Assembly (NCBI GenBank): GCA_964658305.1
Contig: OZ210885.1
Span: 22,940,001 to 23,004,000, forward strand
DNA length: 64,000 nucleotides
Reading direction: 5' to 3'
Source: Leptogorgia sarmentosa
Lineage: Eukaryota
Under the pieces are notes generated by a model. That model searched no databases and had not been told where the DNA came from. It saw only the letters and a list, made by a program, of their open reading frames with translations. The translations under genes were made by a program, and so were the position numbers. Below, piece after piece: positions 53,168 to 64,000 of this stretch; position 1 is the stretch's first letter; every line of letters begins with the position of its first letter.

Positions 53168-56100
53168 GTCAAGACTTATACTGCATGTTACAGCAAATTA
53201 AAGCATGCATGTTACAATGTATAATAATATATAATAATTATATACAATGTATAATAATATATAATACTATATTCGTTTAATATACCATGCAGGCGTTATA
53301 TGTATACTTATACATACTTAACTAAATTAACTTATATAAATATATACCAATTCGTTATATATATACACTTATATATACTTATATAGTGAAAAAAGATATT
53401 ATAATATAGTTTGGTGAAATTCAAACGATCTTTTGTAACTTCACTTTCACTTCAACATTTAAATTTTTGCACATTAAGTTTGTCTGTTTTCTTGGAAAAC
53501 GACAAAAAAAGCGAACTTTGCGAAGTTAAAAGTTTAAGTTTAATTGACGTTTATATTACAACGTCGTTTAGACGTTGTAAAAATTATGTTGTTTCGATTT
53601 GCGTTGTCAACCTTGAATCAACATCGATCCAACGTTAAGTGTTGACGTCGTTTCAACGTTCAATGACAGACGTTGCATTGACGTTTGTATTACAACGTCG
53701 TAAAAATTACGTTGTTTCAATTTGCATAGTCAACCCTGAATCAACGTCGCTACAACGTTAGGTGTTGACTTCGTTTCAACGTTCAATGACAGACATTGCA
53801 TTGACGTTTGTATTACAACGTCGTTTAGATTGGTTAACACCAAATCATCCTGTGCTTCTGCAACATCAATGTCACCAAACACATCATTAATAATTGCATG
53901 GATTTTGTATGCATGTTTAATGTCCCAAATTTCAACCATATTGCATATGTCTTCAATAGTGAAAAGTTTACAGCAGTGTTCAAAGACTTGTGTTATTTGA
54001 AAATCTGAAAATCCAATCAACAGTTTGATATCACATAAGGTTTCCAATTTGCCATGGGCAAACTGCCCAATCAAGTCATTTACAAGTGACTTGTGATAAG
54101 CTGTTAGGCAATTTAATATTGTTTCTTTTTGTGTTTGTGTAACTTGTCGTTCATTAGATTTAGATGCTTCACCACTTGACGGACATTCTTTTGAAAAGTA
54201 CTTCAGTGAACTGGTGCATTCAGAGGATCCACATGTACATGTTATTGCACAATTATCACAACATAAGTGACGTGTAGTGGGATAAGTGATTTTTGACTCA
54301 ACAACAAAGTGCTTTAATAGTACTTTACGTCTACAGTCTTTGGTGTGGACATACTCCTTGATACTGTAGTCAACATGACTTAGTAGAACACCATTGTATA
54401 ATATATGGGATGAACTTGGCAAGCCATCACGACCGGCTCTCCCACTTTCTTGGATCAATGCTTCTGCGTTTTTTGGGGGGCTGAAATGAATTGCATGTCG
54501 AACACCTTTACAATCAACTCCCATCCCAAATGCAATTGTGGCAACCAAGACACATATACAACCATGTGTATTGGCGAAGGATGAAAGGATTGATTCTTTG
54601 TTAGCAGCTGGCGTACATGAATGTAGCATTTCCAGAACAACGTTTCTTGCATCACCAGGTTGCCCAGTATATAAATTGTTTCCAATCATTGACTTCATAC
54701 AATTGTAAATTTTACCACACTGTTTGATTGTTTGGCAATATATAATTGTTCTTTCAGTCATAATACCATGCTTGATTATATCATCAGCTAACCAGGCAAA
54801 ATAATGTTCAATGGTTGAATCTTCTGAAATGCATTCAACAACATAAACCATATTTTGTTTCTCTGGACTCTCTGATACAAAATAAGGATTTTTCATAGCA
54901 AGAACATCTAATATAGTAATTATTGTATTCTTGGTAGCAGTAGCAGTCAAAGCCATGACTTTAACTGTTGGTGCAAGGGATCTTAGTTAGTGCAACTGAG
55001 AATAACACTCTCTAAAAGGTGCCAACTTGTTGGTAGACGAAGTTCCCCTATATAATGGCAGTCATTATAATTTCTTAGTTGGGACGTACAGACTATTTAC
55101 TGTAGATGGCAGTGTCATGGATTAAAAAAATCGTTGTGTAAATTTACTGCGCCCTGTGTAAAAATAAGCATGTATACATATCCGAAGCTTGAGATATATA
55201 ATATGCTTTATTCAGCTTGTAGTAGGGAGAAAGTCTCCACAAGCCAGTTATAAATCTCAGACTTGTGCATTACCGATGTGCTGCCTTAAAGTTTTTAATT
55301 TCTTGTCGAAAATATATATTAGAAGATATATATTATTGGAAGACTCCCATATTTTATATAAATGACTTATGCTTACCACTGTTTGATAATATGTGCTTCG
55401 TCGACAGCAATTGCGCATAGTTTAGACGAATAAGTTTGGCTTGACAGCATTTGTCTCCAACGATCATTCCTGAGCAACCCCTCAGGGGTGGCGTAAACAA
55501 CTGAAAATTTTCCATTCTCAACCTGTTTTCGTTCATCTTCAGTCCTTACATGGCTTAAACTTACAACACTTATTCCAAATTTACGTAAAGTGCTCACTTG
55601 ATCTTCAATTAAAGCCAATAGAGGCGAAACAACGATAACGATATGGCCTGAGGTACCAGTTACATAATCAAATATCAATGGCAAAGCCTGGAAAATGATA
55701 GACTTGCCATATCCAGTTGGTAAATTGACGACAACATCTCTTCCTTGGTTTATGAACAATTCAATCGCTCTTTGCTGGTGTGTATTTAGCTTATTAAACT
55801 TGAAAACTGTGCAAACACGATTAAACACACTGCAACAAGGGCAAATTTCGTTGTCAGCCAATCAGCGCATTTGTTGACATTTAGGCTCTGAGCCAATCAG
55901 AATGCGCAAATGCCGAAATTTGTAAACATTCGGAGGGTGTCATAAAAAGTGCGTTCTGAGGCTCATTTTTAATCTCTTTTAAATAAAATTGAGGTATGTT
56001 GTTCTCAAGTAACTTCTCAACTTCCTCGGACGGATTTATGTTTTATTGCGTTTTCGCAAAGTTATGTGCTTCCAAATTTTGTCTTGCGCAAGTCCGAAAA

Positions 56101-56250
56101 GTATGGCCTATTTTTAGGCTCGCTCCGGAATATTGCTATATAAATAGATATTTTCTTGCGTTGTAAAATTAATCGAGTTAATTTAAATTAGTATGTTGTA
56201 TTTGTTAATTATATCCGGGGTGTGCTATGTTGAGAGCGGATAACAACATG

Positions 56251-56585
56251 TTACTGCCGTGGACCTTCGACACGTCGCCAAGTGTTTATTTCATGTAACA
56301 ATTGTGAGACAGTTTGTTCACACGTTATGGGCTCATTTAATTCCTCATCATCTTCGTCGTCACACTCGATTTCTTCTTCGTCGCTTTCACATTCGTTTAC
56401 CTCGTCTGTGTTGAACTCTTTGACTGCCTTGTTCGCCGTTTCGCTCAAAACCTCAATCCTTTTTGTGAAGAACGCCTTGCAAATCTGACAAACGCTTACG
56501 TCCGGGAGATTGCATTTGACGTGGAAGGAATGGCCACAGCCTCGAAAAAGTGTGCTTTCTCGGGTGCATCCGATCCTGTCACATT
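56251..56585 (-). pseudogene. RING-finger-like C-terminal exon of the same element's protein
   Basis: CDRIGC..GCGHSFHVKC..CQIC followed by an acidic tail. Confidence 0.6.
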
Positions 56586-56917
56586 TGCTGTTTAAATAAT
56601 AGAAGGTACATATTATATTTTCTAGTTGTTTCACGCTTATATATGAAAGTATTTTTCTATATATTTAATGTAGTTATATATACAAAACGTATAGTCCTCT
56701 CAAGGTTATCACCATAATGACCTTATGGCAACTCCTGAACTGGGCCACAGGATGTATAAACCCCATTTACACGACAATTATTGTGTTTAGAAACCGGGCC
56801 ATAAATTTATGGCGAGTACCCCGGACCCCTGTTTTTCTTTTTCGGCACCCTACGGCCCACAGTACAAGTGGCAGCGGTTCACCATGTATCAATTAGTTTT
56901 TTGCGCGAAATTTAAAC

Positions 56918-58177
56918 ATGGCGGCTAACATCAACAGCTCGAAGCTCCTAAGGCAAATGATTATTAGATGGTATATTCGAAGAAGTAAAAAAATTAAGAA
57001 AAATATTTCATTAGTAAGAAATAACACTACTGTTACCCTGCCAAACTGGATTAAAAAACGGCGAAGAATAGCTTTTGTTGAAGCTGTCCTGGCAGCTTTG
57101 TGTCACCCACGAAACCGCTTGTTATGGAGCCATCCAAGAACGTTCCTATGGATAGAAATGGTCGAGCAAGCATACGATGATGAATTATGGTACAATAATT
57201 TTAGAGTAACGAAAACAACGTTCGAATTTCTCCTAAACATGATACAAAACGATATCTCTCGTTCTGACACAGCTATGCGTTCAGCAATTCCACCCAAACG
57301 ACGATTGGCTCTCACCTTGTATTTTTTTGCTTCTACCGCAGAGTACAGAACAATCGGCAACCTTTTTGGAGTCTCTACATCATTTGTCTGTCTATGTGTG
57401 AGGGCCGTGTGCCATGCTATTACTAAACGATTGGCCAAATTTATCAATTTCCCAAAAGGGAACCAACTCCTGGAGGTGATTGAGGGCTACGAGAAAACAT
57501 GGGGTTTTCCAATGTGTGCAGGTGCTATTGATGGAACACACATTCCAATCCTTGCACCATCGGGGAACCATGCACAGTATGTTAATCGAAAAGGTTACCA
57601 TAGCATCCCATTGCAGGCTGTCGTCGATTGCAATTACCTTTACAGAGATGTCGTGATTGGGTGGCCGGGGAGTGTTCACGATGCACGCGTTTTTTCCAAC
57701 TCGGCAATTTTCAAGAAAGAAAACCAGGGAAAACTTTTTCCAAGTGAGCTAACAAAGGAAATAAATGGGGAAGAAATCCCGCCATTCATTGTAGCCAATC
57801 CAGCATATCCACTCCTGCCATGGGTCCTCAAAGGTTATCCGAATGACAACAATGCACCCAGGCGTGAACGGGTATTTAACTATCGCCTAAGCCGTGCCAG
57901 GGTGACAGTAGAAAACACTTTTGGGAGATGGAAAGGAAGATTTATTCGATTCTCCAAAAGAGTTGACATGGAAGTATCAAAATTAGTGAATGTGACATAC
58001 GCATCTTGTATTTTGCACAACATATGTGAGCTTCAGAAGAATGACTACGTCACACTTTGGGATCAAGAAAATGAAGTCCTCCAAGAGATCGTCGCGGATG
58101 AAATTGATGAGGATAACATATTGCCACATGATGCCCATGATATCTGTGATGTATTAACAAATTTTTTTTCACCATAG
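56918..58177 (+). CDS. Harbinger (HARBI1-like) transposase, open frame, second catalytic Asp appears as Asn
   Basis: NFRVTK, GAIDGTHIPI, GWPGSVHDARVF, IVANPAY (usually GD.AY), ARVTVENTFGRWKGRF, CILHNIC. Confidence 0.9.
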   Translation: MAANINSSKLLRQMIIRWYIRRSKKIKKNISLVRNNTTVTLPNWIKKRRRIAFVEAVLAALCHPRNRLLWSHPRTFLWIEMVEQAYDDELWYNNFRVTKTTFEFLLNMIQNDISRSDTAMRSAIPPKRRLALTLYFFASTAEYRTIGNLFGVSTSFVCLCVRAVCHAITKRLAKFINFPKGNQLLEVIEGYEKTWGFPMCAGAIDGTHIPILAPSGNHAQYVNRKGYHSIPLQAVVDCNYLYRDVVIGWPGSVHDARVFSNSAIFKKENQGKLFPSELTKEINGEEIPPFIVANPAYPLLPWVLKGYPNDNNAPRRERVFNYRLSRARVTVENTFGRWKGRFIRFSKRVDMEVSKLVNVTYASCILHNICELQKNDYVTLWDQENEVLQEIVADEIDEDNILPHDAHDICDVLTNFFSP

Positions 58178-58296
58178 GTACTGTACTGTGTACACAGATA
58201 CGTTTTCCTATAGTTACAATGTTAATCAATACTGATGAGATAATAGGTGCATGGCCATGACCAACAGCATTGAATAACATCCATAAATATGATGTA

Positions 58297-58532
58297 CAGG
58301 GTGTCCCAAAAAAGTGACCTCTATAGAAATCACTCTTTTGTTGTTAATCTCGGTTTATTGCACCTCTGGAAATTTAAATTAGCTTTTGACGAACAGCAAC
58401 AAAAGCGCAGGCTGTTATAAATACTTCTGTCCTTCATGAACCATTCAATTATATTCTCAAAGGCATAACAACACACGTCTGACAACAAAAGAGCTGATTT
58501 CTATAGAGATCACCTTTTTTGGGGACACCCTG
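58297..58532. mobile_element. Tc1/mariner-type MITE
   Basis: TA|CAGGGTGTCCCAAAAAA ... TTTTTTGGGGACACCCTG|TA. Confidence 0.85.
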
Positions 58533-58874
58533 TATATGTGTTGGTAAATGATCTTCAATTCTTATCCAAAATACCACAACAGATGATGATGACGATTTTA
58601 CTAACAACCCCGTTATAACAGCTACTGTAATTAAACTTTCTTTATAGTATTTAACATATTTCCTATTTGAATAAAATATGAACAGTAAAATCCGACTTTA
58701 AACAAATGAACAACAAAGCGTAAAGACGCTGTATTTGTCTATATCGCTCACGACTCCAAACAATTTGCAATTGTCAATCTCAGCAACTCTAAAGAATAAT
58801 TTGAATAGTAAAACAAATTGCATGGTGTACTAACAGCATCACAGAACATATCCATATAACCAAATATGGATAAG

Positions 58875-59710
58875 TTAGAACTGAAAGAATGTCTGGTCTT
58901 GATCTGTGGCAATGTCATGCTGTTGGATAGGATGGCAAGGGTTTACGTGGTAAACAGCATTTGTATCATGCAAATTATGGGCATGGACCGCGTGTTGATT
59001 ACTATGACCATTGTGTCCCATCATGATACTCAGCATTTTGAGTTCATGTTCCCTTTCTTGTTTTCTACATTCAGATTCCAAAATTGCTTGTTCTCTTAGG
59101 AATTTATGTTCCTTTTCAAGCCGCATTTCCTCTATCTTTCTGTATCTAAAACCAACCATTACTAGAAAATAAGCTACACATCATGGAGAATTGTTGTACT
59201 TGACATAAGTATAATTTAAAAACCTATATATTTCATTTTGGGGTATCAATTCAATGATTCAACCTCAAATTATTGTTACAAATTTAAAGGACGTAACCGT
59301 ATGTTACCTTTCAAAATCCTCACTATTGGCCTGTTTAAACTTGTCGAAGACCAACTATAAACTCTTCTCCACACCACTTTTTCTCTTTTTAGAACCAAGC
59401 ATATGCAATTTAGGCATACCCTTTTCCCCATCTTTTTCCTGAGCTCCATTTTCTTTGTCCTTTGCCCCACTCTTTTCCTCATCTTCCTTATTTTCAATTT
59501 TTTCATTCTTTTCATTATCTTCATCCTCCACATTTACTTTCACATTATTATCATCCCCATCTCGTTCTGCATCTGAAGACAAAAATAAATGTCAAATACT
59601 TGTTTGTCAAACAAACTACTTCAAATGTAATGTGGTTATATATGGAAATTGACTTACATGGCATGACTAAAAGAAGAACTGTTTACTTACGGTCAGCTCC
59701 TACATCTCCC
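58875..59710 (-). pseudogene. C-terminal exons of the Harbinger accessory (Myb/SANT-type) gene
   Basis: Convergent to the transposase; acidic linker and coiled coil (KQEREHELKMLSIMM); the Myb domain itself is not visible. Confidence 0.5.
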
Positions 59711-59713
59711 ACA

Positions 59714-61662
59714 CTAGTTTCTAACTTCTCTAATAAGGGTCCAACCCCCATAGAATACTTCAAGCAAAAGCGATATTCTCCAAGGCTTAGGTTTCTTTGC
59801 AAGTTTTGCTTTGTCACCAAAAAGAAAACAATAAAGCTCTGCAAAAATCCCATGAAAGTTCATCACAACACACTCTCTTGAATTGAGAGAGATGTGGAGA
59901 GGACCAATTATTGGGACAACATTCTTACAAGCAGCAGGTAGGGACACTAAATCAGTGTTGTACACGAGCTGTCGCATAAAAAACTGCATCGACCAGTCTC
60001 CAAGAAATGGAGCTGTGAAGTGGTTTAGGTAATCTTGCAAACCATTAGATAGCATATGGTTGAATGTTGTGAGCAGATTGTTGTAGGATTTAAGGGATAG
60101 ATCAAGGCTGTCAACAAGCTTGGTGTTGTCCATACATTGCATTTCACGAATTTCAGTTTGCTGATAGTCATGTAATACATGCCTTTGGCGTTCTGCTTCC
60201 GGGTCAAAATATTTTGCCAATACCCAGTCTGGCATGTTGGTAGCATATGTTTGGGATAACTTACCCATATGTTGGTCAATAAGCTTGGCAAGTGATGTTA
60301 TGTTGACAGGATCTGCAGGTAGTAAGTGAGGTGCATCTCGATTCCTAATTGCTTAAATGTTTGGGAAAACTTTAACCAAGAGGGTAGTAGTGTGAACTGA
60401 CTGAGTTTGGACCTTTGATTCAGGGCGATGCTTCGTGTGTATGTTGTGGTAATCATCAATACAAAAGACGATGAATTGTTCATTATCAATTACATTTTGA
60501 AAGAATGTGGTAACTCGGTCAAGGTGTGTTGAAGATGATGCATTTGTGGCGGCCAGAACAGTACGAGGATGAGCTGCAATTCCCAGATTTCGCAAAGAAG
60601 CAAGACCTCATTCACTGATGCCAAATTGCTGCAGTGTCCGGGAGAGTGATACTTGGAACCAGTTTGCTCTTTGCGATTGTGAGTAGATCATTATATATAT
60701 TATGACCATTGCCCTTAATTTTGTCAGGTTTTGACGCTCTTCAGACATTCTATCTGTTATCATCGTGTCATACAGACTTTGAAATAGCTTTCCAGCTCCA
60801 GCCTGCCTGCACATTATTTCGAATTGCTCAGGATCCATCACAGGAGATTGAGAGTGGGTTGAAAGGACTGTTCTTATTTTTCCTAGGTCACCCTTCATAT
60901 CAACATAACCAGCAGCTTTACTGAGCAGATCTTTGTAGTCTTCACTTGAGATAAATACACCAGCTTGAGTGGAACTTGTCGGTGCTGGAACCTCATCTGG
61001 ATCTTGTGATGTGTGACTTGGTGAGATCAGGGTTATGGTAGATTCGCTATTTTGGCTACTGAGTGTATTGGTAGATTCACTATTCTGGCTACTGGGTGGA
61101 ATGGGCTTAGGAACACTTACATTTTGTACACTTTGTCACTTCATTGGAAGGATTAAGGGAATTCACTAAAACTTCAAGCTACATTTAAAAAAAATGCTTT
61201 TATCACCCAATGAAGCAGTGAACAGAGACAGCAGTGAAAAATTTCGGATTTCGATATATCCCTCACTATTTTACATTTAAATTTGCACTTTCCCCAAACC
61301 CCACAACCCCATTTTAACAACATTGTATAGAAAGTGAAAAAATTGTGAATATGTTTTGGATAGAAATTTTGTTTAAAATTACGTTTTTGAGACAGTTTAT
61401 ATGCAAACGTACTGTACCTTGTTTTCTGTGGACGTGGAAGATGTTTCGTAAAGGTCCTCTTTTTGAGGCACTGCTGAAGCCATTCGCAACAAATGTGGTT
61501 CACTATTGGTGAATTGACGTCCGTTTTTTCGCTTAAAAATTTAACAAATGCCCTTGATAGATCGCTCAAGGCATAAGCTTTTAAGTTCACGATACGTGAA
61601 CATTTTCCGCCAGACCATTCTTGGTGAAAAAGATTGTTGCATGCTCTTGTAAATTTTGGCAT
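59714..61662 (-). pseudogene. Putative Academ-like transposase, N-terminal and core part
   Basis: FCIDDYHNIH, FLGDWSMQFF, IIGPLHISLN, KKPKPWRISLLLE; stops and frameshifts; at least one probable intron. Confidence 0.6.
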
Positions 61663-62523
61663 TTTGAAACCAATTGTAAAGTTGAAGAACAGCGATGCAG
61701 TCAAAGAACGTATTAAAAAGGAAGCAAATTATTTGTTGCGGACGGGAATATGCCATCAGCAAGAAGCATAAATTAGAACACATGGAATGTTACAGTTAAC
61801 GTGTTCTAAATTGTTGATTTTTCAACTTTTGTCGAAGTTATCAACCCCCCTCCCCTTGATTAATTTATATTGCGAAAAGACATACAGTACCAAACCTACT
61901 CGCAAAAGATTCGTATTTTATACATCTAACTTGATTCGTTGGGTCTTTTTATCGCTATTAATCATGTAGAAAAGCAAACATAATTCGAGAACGAGGAAGG
62001 TTTCTAAGTGTTTGCGTTCAAAAGCCGAGAATGTTCTTGTTTTTCGTGAAGCTAAGACATAGTAGCCATATTTTTCGGACTTGCGCAAGACAATATTTGG
62101 AAGCACATAACTTTGCGAAAACGCAATAAAACATAAATCCGTCCGAGGAAGTTGAGGGGAAGTTACTTGAGAACAACATACCTCAATTTTATTTTAAAAA
62201 AATTAAAAATGAGCCTCAGAACGCACTTTTTATGACACCCTCCGAATGTTTACAAATTTCGGCATTTGCGCATTCTGATTGGCTCAGAGCCTAAATGTCA
62301 ACAAATGCGCTGATTGGCTGACAACGAAAATCGCCCTTGTTACACACTGCTTAATTCAGCCATATTGCCACTGCGAGAAAGAAAGGTCAAAGGTCATGGC
62401 TTCCAGATATTGGAAGTCTGCCCTGATTGGTTATTGGAAAGCGAAAGGAATTTCACACTCGGATAAGCAGCCGGTGGTTGGGGGAGTGAGAACGTACACA
62501 ACTGGCGGCTGCGAGGGAGACTT

Positions 62524-63417
62524 AAAAAGTTTACTTAAAAAACGGCAAAAACCATTTTTCCGTAATACATTTATATTGAAAATCGAACAAATGTACTTGC
62601 CAGAAATCCGTGTTGACATGACGTAATGCGTAGGACAGCAAAATCGTAGGCAAATATCCCGAGTTGCACATCTATGTATAAGATTCAACAGCCGGGAAAT
62701 TTGTTGCACATGCGCTAGATTGGCTTGCGTGGATCCCACGAATAATGAACTCGCGCACGAATTTCAAATGTCATGGAAGCATACAATAAGAAATTCCTAT
62801 TTGCAAATAAGCGCACGCTTTTCAAAGCAAAGGTTTGCCTGAAGGCGCAACTTTTCATCCAAAATGGCTATTAATTTTATCTTCCCGGTACATATGCAAA
62901 CTAAAATATGTGTGGTGGGATAGGCAAAATTTTTTGAAAACCGGCCTGGTATGGGGCCTTACGTACACACAGAATTAAAGGCTAAAATACGACATGACTT
63001 TCAAAATTTCAACAGTTTAAATTGTTCAAATCAATCAGATTTTTTTAAACAATTAAGAAAATATGTCTTGTACAGTAAAATAAATAAACCGACTACACAG
63101 CATACAAACTTTAAAAATGCTGGGCCTTAAAACATTGGCTGTCCGAACTAAACAAATGGCCATTAGGTTAGATATATTGCGAGATTTCATCACTGGGCGC
63201 AATTTTTCTAGACTCTCCTTATGGTAATTCGTAGTGCGTAAGTAGGATATGACTAGTCTGAGGCGAACTACATAACTTCCAGAAGCCACAGTAGTGACAG
63301 TACTCATTTTATACTTGGAATTTTTTGAAAAAAAAATTATTGGAGAGTGTACTTAAGGATTATGTCACTGACATCAAATTAAGATTTCATTGGTTTTTCT
63401 TTTTATTCGAGTAAGGG
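62524..63417. mobile_element. Possible right arm of a piggyBac-like element
   Basis: GTAAGGG|TTAA at 63411-63421; does not match the TIR at 34933. Confidence 0.3.
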
Positions 63418-64000
63418 TTAATAACGGCACCATGGATATGAGATATCTATTGTTGGCACACACTGAACTCTAAAGCCCGTTTTCGAGTCCATTATTACTT
63501 TCATAGCTGCGGGCGAAAAATTTTGAAAAAGAAATCACTTTTTACATTCATTCGGCCTGAAGAAATTCTTTCTGAATTTTCAACTTCTTTATGACTTTTC
63601 GCTGATGAAGCTTAATTTTTCGGTGGCTAAATTTTTCGCTTGTTGTGGCCAAATATGTGAGTGGAAAACAGACATGAGAGACATCTCTTAAAGTTTACTG
63701 GGTTTACCTTACAATTAGCATTAAGGTGGGGAGCAAGTAGCGACATGGGCTTTAGCCAATCAGGTGGCATTATTTTTTCCAGCAGCGTGCATGTTGAGAA
63801 TCGAAGGGTTCCGTGACCACGTTTCACTCTCCTCTGGAAAGGTTTTGTGCCTTTTTTAGTTTTTAGTTGGTTAATTTAGTAGCAGGCAGAAGGGAACGGG
63901 CAGGTGCGGGCAGGTTGAGAGGAGAACAGAGTGACGTGCCTCATGCTCAACTGCTCATTTGTCGTTTTACAATGGATGCCACCAGTAGTTCGAAAGATGG

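Larger units (their letters stand above)
31733..53830 (+). mobile_element. CMC (EnSpm/Mirage-like) DNA transposon, nested with other elements; right terminus missing
   Basis: CCCAG start at 31733; CAACGT/ACGTTG subterminal arrays at 31740-32030, 39165-39255 and 53545-53830; transposase and DUF4806-like gene inside. Confidence 0.75.
56760..59713 (+). mobile_element. PIF/Harbinger element, right end deleted
   Basis: TAA|ACCCCATTTACACGAC probable left end; HARBI1-like ORF and convergent remnant of a second gene. Confidence 0.75.
55834..62341 (-). mobile_element. TIR DNA transposon with AAC termini and 9-bp TSD, encoding an atypical Academ-like transposase with a C-terminal RING
   Basis: TIRs of about 275 bp at 55834-56107 and 62065-62341 (AACAAGGGC / GCCCTTGTT); TSD ACACACTGC at 55825-55833 and 62342-62350. 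Confidence 0.9.
53830..62363 (-). pseudogene. RecQ-like SF2 helicase of AcademH; exon 1 = 62363-62342 plus 55824-55377 (split by an insertion), exon 2 = 55047 to about 53830
   Basis: LPTGYGKS, VVSPL, ATPE, AVDEAH, ALTATAT, ATIAFGMGVD, QESGRAGRDG, CRR..CCDNC; removing the 55834-62341 insert restores MAELSSVFNRVC; one stop in exon 2. Confidence 0.88.
23563..62522 (+). mobile_element. AcademH DNA transposon scaffold (transposase and convergent RecQ-like helicase), heavily nested; left end not seen in window
   Basis: Both AcademH-type genes present tail-to-tail; probable right end GGCTGCGAGGGAGACT at 62507-62522 resembles the TAG-terminated MITE ends in this window. Confidence 0.7.

Noticed and set aside
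53730..55861. Host RecQ/WRN/BLM helicase gene
   Set aside because: Minimal helicase with a stop codon, convergent with an Academ transposase and next to an AcademH-like end
34933..63417. One giant piggyBac spanning TTAA-CCC at 34933 to GGG-TTAA at 63417
   Set aside because: The ends match only over CCCT, and the span conflicts with the nesting order

Overview
Eukaryotic, AT-rich, intron-containing animal DNA; the repeat families look like those of cnidarians or other marine invertebrates (inference). No intact host gene is visible. The window is a deeply nested stack of transposons. The scaffold is an AcademH-type DNA transposon: transposase exons on + at 23563-31731, a convergent RecQ-like helicase on - at 62363-53830, and a probable right end near 62522. 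Four things are inserted into it. (1) A MULE element whose spliced gene appears to begin with a protein-kinase domain (ends at 23562); it hosts a 13.3-kb foldback-like TIR element (1621-14885, 8-bp TSD, DDE-OTU-CXC transposase plus an opposite-strand spliced DUF3987-like ATPase) and a Sola3-like fragment. (2) A full-length Gypsy (24905-30441). (3) A CMC/EnSpm-Mirage-like element (31733 to about 53830) hosting Kolobok, piggyBac/hAT, BEL/Pao, a probably self-priming Gypsy and a tRNA-derived SINE. (4) A 6.5-kb element with AAC termini and a 9-bp TSD (55834-62341), encoding an atypical Academ-like transposase with a RING finger and hosting a Harbinger. Many MITEs with clean TSDs are present. Most ORFs are decayed, often by CpG transitions. 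Family calls come from motif recognition by eye, not database searches.
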